From assembly GCA_964423515.1 (NCBI GenBank), contig CAYRFL010000007.1, positions 1,448-65,447 on the forward strand: a DNA stretch of 64,000 nucleotides, written 5' to 3'. Positions 9,276-17,538 of the stretch are shown here, in pieces. The stretch's first letter is position 1; each line of letters opens with the position of its first letter. A program made the position numbers and the translations under genes. The DNA comes from an uncultured archaeon. GTDB lineage: Archaea; Thermoplasmatota; Penumbrarchaeia; JASLWR01. A model generated the notes under the pieces. The model saw nothing but the letters and a program-made list of their open reading frames with translations. It had not been told where the DNA came from and made no database searches.

Positions 9276-11330
9276 ATGGCTGCCGACATCGATTCCCGTG
9301 AGAATCTCATTTATGACAACAATTTCCTCGATAACAACGGCGACGGCGTGCAGGCCACCGATAACGGCACTGACAACAGGTGGAACACCTCCACCGGCGG
9401 TAATTACTGGTCGGACTGGATGACGCCGGACGATAACGGCAACGGAATAGTCGATGAACCCTACGAACTGGACGGGGACGCGGGAGCCAGCGACCTGCTG
9501 CCATTGACCGACGTTCCCTCCAACCCCATAGTAAGGGCCGACGCAGGCAGTGACATCACTGTGAACCAGCACCGCGAGGTGACCTTCAACGGCACGGGCT
9601 CCTGGGCAAACGCAGCCATCGTCAACTTCACCTGGAGCTTCGAATACGGGGGGATCGGCGTTCATCTATACGGGGAAAGACCATCCTTCCTGTTCCACGA
9701 TGCAGGAACCTACTCGGTGGACCTGCGGGTGCTGGACGCCCGGGGAAGGAACGACACGGACAACATGACCGTGAACGTGCTGGACACCGAGGCCCCGGTG
9801 GCATTGGCGGGACCGGATACGGTGATAAACAGGGGCGAGGCCTATCGTTTCAACGGAAGCGGCAGCACCGACAACACGAAGATAACGAACCTGACCTGGT
9901 CCTTCGAGTACGGTGGCGACGAGGTTCGCCTCTACGGGACGGATGCTTCATTCATTTTCGTCGTTCCCGGCATTTACAATATAACGCTGACGGTCATCGA
10001 TACCGGCGGCAACGTTCACCGGGATTATCTCACGCTCACGGTCCGAGACTCCGACCTTCCCATTGCCAGGGCGGGGAAGGACGTGACCGTGGAGCAGTAC
10101 GACAGGGTGAGCTTCGACGGCGGCACCAGCTTCGCCGTGGGATCGGCGAACCACACCTGGTCCTTCGAGTACGAGGGCAAGGATATCATTCTGTACGGTC
10201 CCACGGGCAGCTTTACATTCGTCGAGCCCGGGGAGTACAACGTCACCCTCAACGTCACCGACGGACAGGGAAGGTGGGACCTCGATCACCTCCTCGTGAC
10301 TGTAGAGGACGTCACTCCCCCGGTGGCGGAAGCGGGAACGAACAGAACGGTGAGCCCGGGGGATACGGTGGAGCTCGACGGGAGGACCAGCCGAGACAAC
10401 GTTGGTATCGACAATTACACCTGGACCATAGAGAGGAACGGGAGCGAGCTGTCGCTTTATGGCCCCCAGGTAACGCATCTCTTCGGCCTGCCCGGCATAT
10501 ACGGCGTTGCCCTTACCGTGAAGGACGAAGGAGGGAACAGCGACACCGACGAGATATTCATCAACGTGACGGGAGAAGGAACGGACGAGCCGGATAACGG
10601 CGACGGGAACGAGAGCGATTCCGACGGCGACGGCTGGAACGATACGACCGAGGAGAAATGCGGCACCGATCCTTACGACAACACGTCGTTCCCGGAGGAC
10701 ATGGACGGAGATGGAATACCCGATAAGCTGGACGGAGACATAGACGGTGACGGAGTTCCGAACGAGAAGGACGCCTACCCCAGGGACCCGGATAGATGGG
10801 AGAAGGAATCACACCTCCAGACCATACTGATCTTCGTGGGCCTGGGTCTTGTGCTGCTGATAGCGAGCATACTCGTGTACAGCAAGCTGAAGGGCCGGGA
10901 TATTCTCAGCAACGAGAAGAGGCAGATGATAGTGGATTACATCAACGAGCACCCCGGGGAGCATTACAGGGAGATCAAACGAAAACTGTCCATGCCCAGC
11001 GGCACGCTGCGCCATCACCTGAGAACCCTGGAGACCGCCTCAATGATAAGGGGCCATCGGGACGGTAAGTACCTGTATTATTTTCCGTACTCCGTGAGGA
11101 ACGTGCCCCCGGTGCTCACCCCTGCCCAGAAGGAGATCGTGGAGACCATCGGGAAGAGGCCGGGGCTCACGGCCCGGGAACTGGCCAAGAGCATGGGAAA
11201 GACCAGGAGGGCGGTGCATCATCACCTGTCCGAGATGTCCGATCTGGGCATCGTCCGGCCCGAGGCGAACGGTAAGGGCTCGTGCTGGCACCTGTCGGAA
11301 GGAGAGTGGAAGGGTGGGGAGCTTACATAG
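9276..11330 (+). CDS. beta-helix end + PKD domains + acidic Ca-binding-like DxDxDG repeats + TM + two cytoplasmic winged-helix domains (frame is open from 9168)
   Basis: Same frame as 7857..9167. Contains GGNYWSDWMTPDDNGNGIVDEPY, four to five PKD-like modules (WSFEYGG...LYG...G.Y.V.L.V.D), DSDGDGWND..DMDGDGIPD..DIDGDGVPN, a TM helix ILIFVGLGLVLLIASILVY, then INEHPGEHYREIKRKLSMPSGTLRHHLRTLE and LTARELAKSMGKTRRAVHHHLSEMSDLGIV. Confidence 0.8.
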   Translation: MAADIDSRENLIYDNNFLDNNGDGVQATDNGTDNRWNTSTGGNYWSDWMTPDDNGNGIVDEPYELDGDAGASDLLPLTDVPSNPIVRADAGSDITVNQHREVTFNGTGSWANAAIVNFTWSFEYGGIGVHLYGERPSFLFHDAGTYSVDLRVLDARGRNDTDNMTVNVLDTEAPVALAGPDTVINRGEAYRFNGSGSTDNTKITNLTWSFEYGGDEVRLYGTDASFIFVVPGIYNITLTVIDTGGNVHRDYLTLTVRDSDLPIARAGKDVTVEQYDRVSFDGGTSFAVGSANHTWSFEYEGKDIILYGPTGSFTFVEPGEYNVTLNVTDGQGRWDLDHLLVTVEDVTPPVAEAGTNRTVSPGDTVELDGRTSRDNVGIDNYTWTIERNGSELSLYGPQVTHLFGLPGIYGVALTVKDEGGNSDTDEIFINVTGEGTDEPDNGDGNESDSDGDGWNDTTEEKCGTDPYDNTSFPEDMDGDGIPDKLDGDIDGDGVPNEKDAYPRDPDRWEKESHLQTILIFVGLGLVLLIASILVYSKLKGRDILSNEKRQMIVDYINEHPGEHYREIKRKLSMPSGTLRHHLRTLETASMIRGHRDGKYLYYFPYSVRNVPPVLTPAQKEIVETIGKRPGLTARELAKSMGKTRRAVHHHLSEMSDLGIVRPEANGKGSCWHLSEGEWKGGELT

Positions 11331-11609
11331 AACCCAACCATGAAATTATCTCTGTTCTTGAAAGCCGCTCTCGACATCTCTGATCAAAGCTACAGTGATC
11401 TTTCACAGGCGGCACAGACGATTTTGTTTCACTGACCCCCTCTTGTTCTCTTTATATACCAATAGACCGATCCATTCTTGCTTACAATAGGAGGAGTGAG
11501 AAAATGAACGTAAGCGGAGAACAAAACGAGATTGAACCAAGGTACGGTATTAATAAAAAAATGAACCGGGAAAAACATTTCAACCATTTCCAGCAGGGGG
11601 GCGGTCCGC

Positions 11610-12074
11610 GTGAGCGTTATACTGTTCGAGCGTGACGTCTTCGGTAAGCTTGCGGACTGGCTCAGGATGAAGGACATGGGCCGGGATCCCTTCTTCGATA
11701 CCTTCACCTACGAGGAGAAGGCGCAGCTGTACTGGACAGAGAACAGGATATGGGCGGGAAGGGATTTCGATCCCGGGAAGCACCGCGAGTCGAAGCTGGC
11801 GCGGTGGACCGACAGGCTCTTTCTGGCCAACCAGCTCGCCTATTACTATACGTACGACGAGGACGGCCCGGAGCTGCTAAGGCTGCGGGAAGAGGACATC
11901 AGAAGCGGCCCGGGCATGACGGACGACGGGATCCTCGAGCTCCTGGAGGGGGTACATTACAACGTATACACCAACGGCGGGAACTGCTTTCTCGGGAATA
12001 AGGATGAAAAGAAGCTCAGATGGTACATACGGCAGCTGAAGGACAAGATACTGGGAACAGTGAAGGGGAGATAA
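11610..12074 (+). CDS. hypothetical protein (154 aa), start uncertain
   Basis: Compositionally coding ORF with a GTG start in the track. An alternative ATG (MKDMGRD) is near 11667. I cannot name a family. Confidence 0.55.
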   Translation: MSVILFERDVFGKLADWLRMKDMGRDPFFDTFTYEEKAQLYWTENRIWAGRDFDPGKHRESKLARWTDRLFLANQLAYYYTYDEDGPELLRLREEDIRSGPGMTDDGILELLEGVHYNVYTNGGNCFLGNKDEKKLRWYIRQLKDKILGTVKGR

Positions 12075-12117
12075 ACACTGATTCACCGATGGAAAAGTAT
12101 TTTTTCATCTAGAGTAT

Positions 12118-12366
12118 ATGGATAATTGTGATGCAATGAATGTTCATGCCGTCACTGTCGGCCCCAAGGGCAAGATAACCATACCTAAGGTGTACAGGGA
12201 GGAATATCATCTTCTTGAGGGTATAAAAGCCATTATGCTCCCTACCGAGGAGGGAATACTCATTAAACGCAAGGCCGTTTCCCTGCGAGGAATATTTGCT
12301 GGAAAGATAGATACGACTGGTTTCGAGACCGACATTCGCACTCTGAGAAAGGAATGGGTGCAATGA
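12118..12366 (+). CDS. AbrB/MazE/SpoVT-type antitoxin-like DNA-binding protein
   Basis: VTVGPKGKITIPKVYREEYHLLEG matches the swapped-hairpin AbrB motif. An alternative start is at 12136. No toxin gene follows. Confidence 0.7.
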   Translation: MDNCDAMNVHAVTVGPKGKITIPKVYREEYHLLEGIKAIMLPTEEGILIKRKAVSLRGIFAGKIDTTGFETDIRTLRKEWVQ

Positions 12367-12457
12367 CGTCTCGAAATAAGGTCCGGTAACAATAAACGGA
12401 TACTCTGGGAAAAATCATATACGACTTTCTACTCGAAATCCCGAACCTTGAGCCCGT

Positions 12458-12820
12458 TCACCGCTTCTTTACATTTCGTCCCTTCCCCTTCCGCGCCTTC
12501 GCCCTCCGTGCGGCATTGAAGGCTTTCGTCGCCCATGCGGCCAGCAGGTCCCCGTTCTCCAGAACGTCGTCCGGCACCTCGTAGTATGACATGGAGGACT
12601 TACCACCATACGGACGGAACGGACCCATGCCTCTTTCCTCGAAATCGGGGCGGTTCCGATCGTCCGCCTTTAGATAGAACCTGTCACCGTCGTCGATGAG
12701 GGCGAACATAACTCCCTCGAAGTAGATGCCGGCACCGCCGAACATCTTCCGCGCGCTCACCCCGCCGAACGTCGAAAGCTGGTCGCAAACGTATTCGATA
12801 TATCCATCGGATGCTGACAT
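12458..12820 (-). CDS. TfoX N-terminal domain protein
   Basis: SARKMFGGAGIYFEGVMFALIDDGDRFYLKAD is typical of TfoX_N, and the tail is basic. Confidence 0.8.
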   Translation of the reverse strand: MSASDGYIEYVCDQLSTFGGVSARKMFGGAGIYFEGVMFALIDDGDRFYLKADDRNRPDFEERGMGPFRPYGGKSSMSYYEVPDDVLENGDLLAAWATKAFNAARRAKARKGKGRNVKKR

Positions 12821-12845
12821 TATCTCATTCCCTATTGACTATAAC

Positions 12846-15161
12846 CTAACCCGTCGTCCTCTCCCTCAATGTCTTTTCCGTGTCCACCTTCCTCGAATAT
12901 CTTATGGGGATGATGGAGGACAGGAGCACGAAGGCAATACCTGAAACCAATGTAATTATCGTAGCCCCCATTATGAAGATCACGGGATAGGTGAACAGTA
13001 TCTTGGCCATCACGATGGCGAACAGCTTCGCAAAAAGGTACGCCAGGGGAACGCCCACCACACCTGCCAGCAGACCAAGGACCGCCATCTCCACCAACAG
13101 GCTCTTGGCCACCTGCCACTTGGAGATGCCAAGGGTATTCAGGGTGGCAAATTCAATGTCCCTCTCCATGGTGGAGATTATCACTGCGGAGCCCGACACC
13201 ACAAAGGTAATTATGGCGCTGATGAAAAAGAAACCATAGAAGATCCCGTTCGCCTGCTCGAGGAGATCGTCGAAAGATTGAACTATCTGCTCCTTGACGG
13301 AAACCTTGGTGACGGCGGGATTCAGGCGAAGCTGTGTGGCACGGTCTTCCGTAAGTTCCGGGTCCTTCATTTTGATATATGCTCCGGTGCAGTTCTCCGG
13401 TGGAAAGAAAACCTCAAGATTGTCCTGTTTCGTATATACTGCCTGCTGGACAATATCATTGACAATGGCGCTCACAATAAGATCTTTGGATGCTGGCCCC
13501 ACCTCAAGAGAGATCATATTGCCGACATCAACATCCAGCTCATCTGCCACAGTATTGGTTATCACGGCCTTATTTAGATCCACCTTTCCTTCCATGACCT
13601 GAAAATCTCGCACCCGTTCAATTTCTTCACAGCCCATAAATGTGGCGCCAGTGGATTCGGTTCTATAACTCACCGCCCCGTTTATACCTGTATACGGAAT
13701 AACATATTCTGTGTCATTACTAAAGAACGGGTCAAGCTCATCCACCGATTCCACGGGCACGGGTTCGAAAAAATCTGCCCTCATATCCCAGGTTTGTGAA
13801 TCAACACCACCCCTTATGTAGCCCCACGCCGAATCGATCATCACGAGCCACGAACCAGCCATACCAATGGTCATTCCCACAACCAAAACAGTTATTCCCA
13901 GCCTTGCAGGGTTCCTGGAGATGTTCCGGAAACCCATAAGTGTGGTCCTGGAAAGGAAGGACGGTCCGAACTTCAGGGTCGTTATCTTGCTTCTGGGCTT
14001 GTAGTCCAGTGCTTCCCTTACGGTGGCCCTGGTTATTAGGGCGACAGGGATGGCAACAGATAAAAGGACCGTGGCCAGAGTATAGATGATTCCAAGGATG
14101 AACGGCATGGGGGATAGAGGGAACGCGATCTCGATGCTTCCGATCATCTCCATGGTAACGGAGGTTATTCCGTAGGTGAAAAGGAATGATATGATAATTC
14201 CAAATAAAAGACCCACTCCCGCCAGTACTAGACCCATGAGCATGTATGCCCTCACTATCTTTCCCCTTGAATAACCCAGGGACATCAATACGCCGATAAA
14301 CCTGCTGTCGTTGAGTACCAGCCGGTACGAGGTCATCATGACGGATATAAAACCCACGAGCATGAAGATAACGGAGATCATGGGCATCATGTAGTTCATC
14401 TTGTCCACGCCCATCTGCATAAATATCACTGTGAAATGGTCTTTTTGAAGGGTAACACTCTTTACCTGGAGAGCCTCCAATGAGCCCACTAGGACATCAT
14501 GGTCCTGACCGTCCTCCATGATCATGACGAGGTCGTTCACACCCGATACATTGATTATGCTCTGAAGGTCCTCCAGATCCATATACAGGGCCACCACGTT
14601 CCCGGGGATCGGGACCGATGTTTCCGCCATGTACCCGGCCAGGGCATATTCAGCGTTCTTGACAACACCGGTGATGTTCATTTTCACTTCCTTTCCGGAG
14701 ATGAGAAATGTCCCCACTTCACCGGTATCCGCGCCGTATGCCTCCATGCCTGCTATCACCACCCCCTCGTGGGATTTTTCAAAAAGATGGCCGGAATCGA
14801 TGCTCATCACATTGATATCCTGGCGCGCCGGATCTTTCATACCAATGATAAAAGCCGGATAGGTCTCACCCTGATACGTATATAAGCCCATCACCTTGAG
14901 GCGCATATCATAGGTTTTCAACCCCTGATCTTTCAGGATGGGCTCCATATCACTCTGGTTAACCGGCCCGGAGAATTCGACGAAAATGTCCGGCATTTTG
15001 GAATTTTCCAGCATTGTCTCGGAGCTGTAATCGAACACGTCGGCGGAATAGAGCCCGGTGATGAATGTTGCGACAGCCATGGCCACCACGAACGAAATAC
15101 CCACAGTGCGACGTTTCATCCGTCCGATCTTCCTGAGAACCATCAAATTGATCTTTTCCAA
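12846..15161 (-). CDS. ABC transporter permease, MacB/FtsX-type with duplicated FtsX modules
   Basis: 771 aa. Two blocks each consist of a TM helix, a large extracytoplasmic domain and three TM helices. Lies directly downstream of the ATPase gene. Confidence 0.9.
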   Translation of the reverse strand: MEKINLMVLRKIGRMKRRTVGISFVVAMAVATFITGLYSADVFDYSSETMLENSKMPDIFVEFSGPVNQSDMEPILKDQGLKTYDMRLKVMGLYTYQGETYPAFIIGMKDPARQDINVMSIDSGHLFEKSHEGVVIAGMEAYGADTGEVGTFLISGKEVKMNITGVVKNAEYALAGYMAETSVPIPGNVVALYMDLEDLQSIINVSGVNDLVMIMEDGQDHDVLVGSLEALQVKSVTLQKDHFTVIFMQMGVDKMNYMMPMISVIFMLVGFISVMMTSYRLVLNDSRFIGVLMSLGYSRGKIVRAYMLMGLVLAGVGLLFGIIISFLFTYGITSVTMEMIGSIEIAFPLSPMPFILGIIYTLATVLLSVAIPVALITRATVREALDYKPRSKITTLKFGPSFLSRTTLMGFRNISRNPARLGITVLVVGMTIGMAGSWLVMIDSAWGYIRGGVDSQTWDMRADFFEPVPVESVDELDPFFSNDTEYVIPYTGINGAVSYRTESTGATFMGCEEIERVRDFQVMEGKVDLNKAVITNTVADELDVDVGNMISLEVGPASKDLIVSAIVNDIVQQAVYTKQDNLEVFFPPENCTGAYIKMKDPELTEDRATQLRLNPAVTKVSVKEQIVQSFDDLLEQANGIFYGFFFISAIITFVVSGSAVIISTMERDIEFATLNTLGISKWQVAKSLLVEMAVLGLLAGVVGVPLAYLFAKLFAIVMAKILFTYPVIFIMGATIITLVSGIAFVLLSSIIPIRYSRKVDTEKTLRERTTG

Positions 15162-15176
15162 TGGATCAGCTCCTTC

Positions 15177-15860
15177 CTATTTCTCCTCTGCCAGGACTCC
15201 CTTGCGCAGTATCAATGTCCGGTCCACGTACTGCTTCAGCCTGGGATTGTGGGATACGATGAGGAATGTCATTCCAAGGTCATGCTGGAGCGTGTTCATG
15301 AGCTTCATGATCTTCTCCTCCCGGTCCTCGTCCAGGTTCCCGGTGGGTTCATCAGCCAGTATTAAAGCCGGTTCTTTTGCCAGGGCCCGGGATACAGCCA
15401 CCCTTTGCTGCTCCCCTCCCGATAGCTCCTGGGGGAAGTTGTTGATCTTATCCTTCAGCCCCACCAGCTCCATGTACTTCATGGCCCTGTTGCGCACTTC
15501 GGCCTTGCCCTTGATGAGGTTCTCCAGCCCCAGCTCAACGTTCTCCAGGGCCGTGAGGGTGGGTATGAGGTTGTAGAATTGGAAGATGAAGCCCACGTGG
15601 TCCCGCCTGAAGCCAAGAAGGGACTTCGTATGCATTTTCATCAGGTCCTGGCCAGAAACCTCCACTCCCCCTGAATCGGACTTATCGATGCCTCCAAGAA
15701 TATTGAGAAGTGTGGTCTTGCCGCTGCCCGACGGTCCCATGATCATAACCATTTCTCCCTTTTTCAGACCCAGGTCCAGTCCCTTGAGGACCTCGGTGGT
15801 TTCGCTTCCGGTCTTGTAGCTCTTGAAAAGGTCTGTGATCTCTACCGTGTTCATGTTCAT
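15177..15860 (-). CDS. ABC transporter ATP-binding protein (MacB/LolD-like)
   Basis: Walker A GPSGSGKTTLLNILGG, signature [15 protein letters not shown], Walker B ILADEPTGNLD. The ATG at 15860 is preferred over the GTG at 15890. Confidence 0.9.
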   Translation of the reverse strand: MNMNTVEITDLFKSYKTGSETTEVLKGLDLGLKKGEMVMIMGPSGSGKTTLLNILGGIDKSDSGGVEVSGQDLMKMHTKSLLGFRRDHVGFIFQFYNLIPTLTALENVELGLENLIKGKAEVRNRAMKYMELVGLKDKINNFPQELSGGEQQRVAVSRALAKEPALILADEPTGNLDEDREEKIMKLMNTLQHDLGMTFLIVSHNPRLKQYVDRTLILRKGVLAEEK

Positions 15861-15959
15861 CACCGCGATCATAACGGTGAGTGTATGCACTTTTTAGTAA
15901 AATATGTTTCTCCCGTACATGTAGGGTAGTTTAAATACTGTCGCCGCTTTATACCTCTC

Positions 15960-16613
15960 ATGCGAAAGATGATAATCCACCTGGAACCAAACTCCATTGC
16001 CAAAACAATGAACAGCGATTTCCTGAACAAGGTAAAGGGAATGGAGCTACTGGAAATGATCAAGCTGGATTTTGAGCGAGGGTTGAAAATGGTTCTGGTG
16101 GACCTGGAAATGAAACCGGGGCTTACACCGGATGATATTAAAGTACCCCGTGGCTCAAAAAAACAGATCACGATACTGCGTCAGGATGGAGATCACTTCA
16201 TATGCATAATCTCCGTGACAATACCCAAAGCCATGAAAATAATTATGTCAAAATTCAACTTGGATGTAGCCTGGACAACACCCTGCCTCTATGATGGAAA
16301 AAAGGTGGTCCTGTCAGTATTAGGCGACCAGAATAATCTGAAAAAACTGCTCAAAGCCACAAAATTCCTGGGAAAAGTAACAGATGTATCCTATCAAAAG
16401 GGAGTATACCAGGAACACAACCTTCTGTCCGTACTCACCGACAAGCAGAGGGAGATCATAATTGCCGCAAAGCGCGGCGGGTATTACGAGTATCCACGAA
16501 GGACGGACGCGGGGGGCCTTGCAGAGAGCGTGGGCGTGTCCAAGGCCACGGTGATAGAGCATCTGAGAAAGGCGGAAGGAAGGTTGATGGCGAACATTCT
16601 GGCGGGGTATTGA
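15960..16613 (+). CDS. HTH_10 (bat-type) transcriptional regulator
   Basis: The C-terminus LTDKQREIIIAAKRGGYYEYPRRTDAGGLAESVGVSKATVIEHLRKAEGRL is the archaeal bacterio-opsin-activator-type HTH. The gene is divergent from the ABC operon. Confidence 0.75.
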   Translation: MRKMIIHLEPNSIAKTMNSDFLNKVKGMELLEMIKLDFERGLKMVLVDLEMKPGLTPDDIKVPRGSKKQITILRQDGDHFICIISVTIPKAMKIIMSKFNLDVAWTTPCLYDGKKVVLSVLGDQNNLKKLLKATKFLGKVTDVSYQKGVYQEHNLLSVLTDKQREIIIAAKRGGYYEYPRRTDAGGLAESVGVSKATVIEHLRKAEGRLMANILAGY

Positions 16614-16726
16614 AAGCGGGAACAGGCCCCCTTGGAGTCCCTTCGAACTCTTCCAACATACTAATCTATTTATAAGCACCCAATGCCTCAATTTACTCTC
16701 TGAAGGTAATCACATTTATTCCAAAA

Positions 16727-16802
16727 TTCCGAGCAGGTGAGCGGGGGTGAGGCGCGAGCCAGCGCAGGAATTTGGGTGGGGGCTTGGGATGGCCTCATCC
16801 TG
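16727..16802 (+). repeat. intergenic repeat family 1, copy A (G-run rich)
   Basis: About four-fifths identical by eye to the reverse complement of 63903..63967. The shared core is GAGCCAGCG..GGGTGGGGGCTTGGGATGG. Confidence 0.6.
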
Positions 16803-16966
16803 AAAACAATCCCATCACAGTTAAACTGCACGGAGAAACTAAGATAAGATAATATTAAAAACTGATATAGCTAAATATAACAATAAGGAGTTTTGTAGAT
16901 TATAATTTAAAATACTAAAGTAAAACCAGCATAGCAAGGTACATCAAGATGGGGAGTTAATTTTAC

Positions 16967-17536
16967 ATGATAAGAAAGATGCTTTATGCATTTATGGTAT
17001 CGTTCGTATTCACGATTGTCATACTCAATGTTCCCGTTATGGAGGCATATCCCGCTGGGCAAGCTGATTGGTACGCTATTAAAGGCGGAGTTATCGAATA
17101 TACCGTTATAGAAAAGGAAAAAGAAGGTCGGTCAATTAGTTATAAGATCGAGTTGGAAGTATTGGATGTAGAATGTACAAACAACCACAATATTACAAAA
17201 TCGATAAAAATAGGAGAACGAATAACTGCAAATGGAGCTTATATGTACGAGTATTGGAACGATACAATATTATTATATGCCTCTTTGCCCGTTGATAATC
17301 ACAATCCCGATGATCTGCAAAGAGGGAGTGTAATTAACGGGACAATAGCTGTTTTTCCAGAAAATATTCATATCTGGGTTGATGACATCGATTACTCGGC
17401 AGAATATGACTATTCTAAACCTCAAGATTATGGCATATTATATTTTGTAACAAGAATTTTAATCCTATTTGTTGTAACAGCGATGGTTATTGGTTTGTTC
17501 AAGTTCCAACAGAGAAAAAAGTCTAACGATCCATGA
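16967..17536 (+). CDS. hypothetical membrane protein in an AT-rich islet
   Basis: Has an N-terminal and a C-terminal hydrophobic helix. The DNA is markedly AT-rich compared with its neighbours. Confidence 0.55.
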   Translation: MIRKMLYAFMVSFVFTIVILNVPVMEAYPAGQADWYAIKGGVIEYTVIEKEKEGRSISYKIELEVLDVECTNNHNITKSIKIGERITANGAYMYEYWNDTILLYASLPVDNHNPDDLQRGSVINGTIAVFPENIHIWVDDIDYSAEYDYSKPQDYGILYFVTRILILFVVTAMVIGLFKFQQRKKSNDP

Positions 17537-17538
17537 AA

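Noticed and set aside
16727-16802. tRNA or tRNA-fragment attachment site next to the AT-rich islet.
   Set aside because: No cloverleaf, T-loop (GTTCRANYC) or acceptor pairing could be drawn. Treated as a generic repeat.
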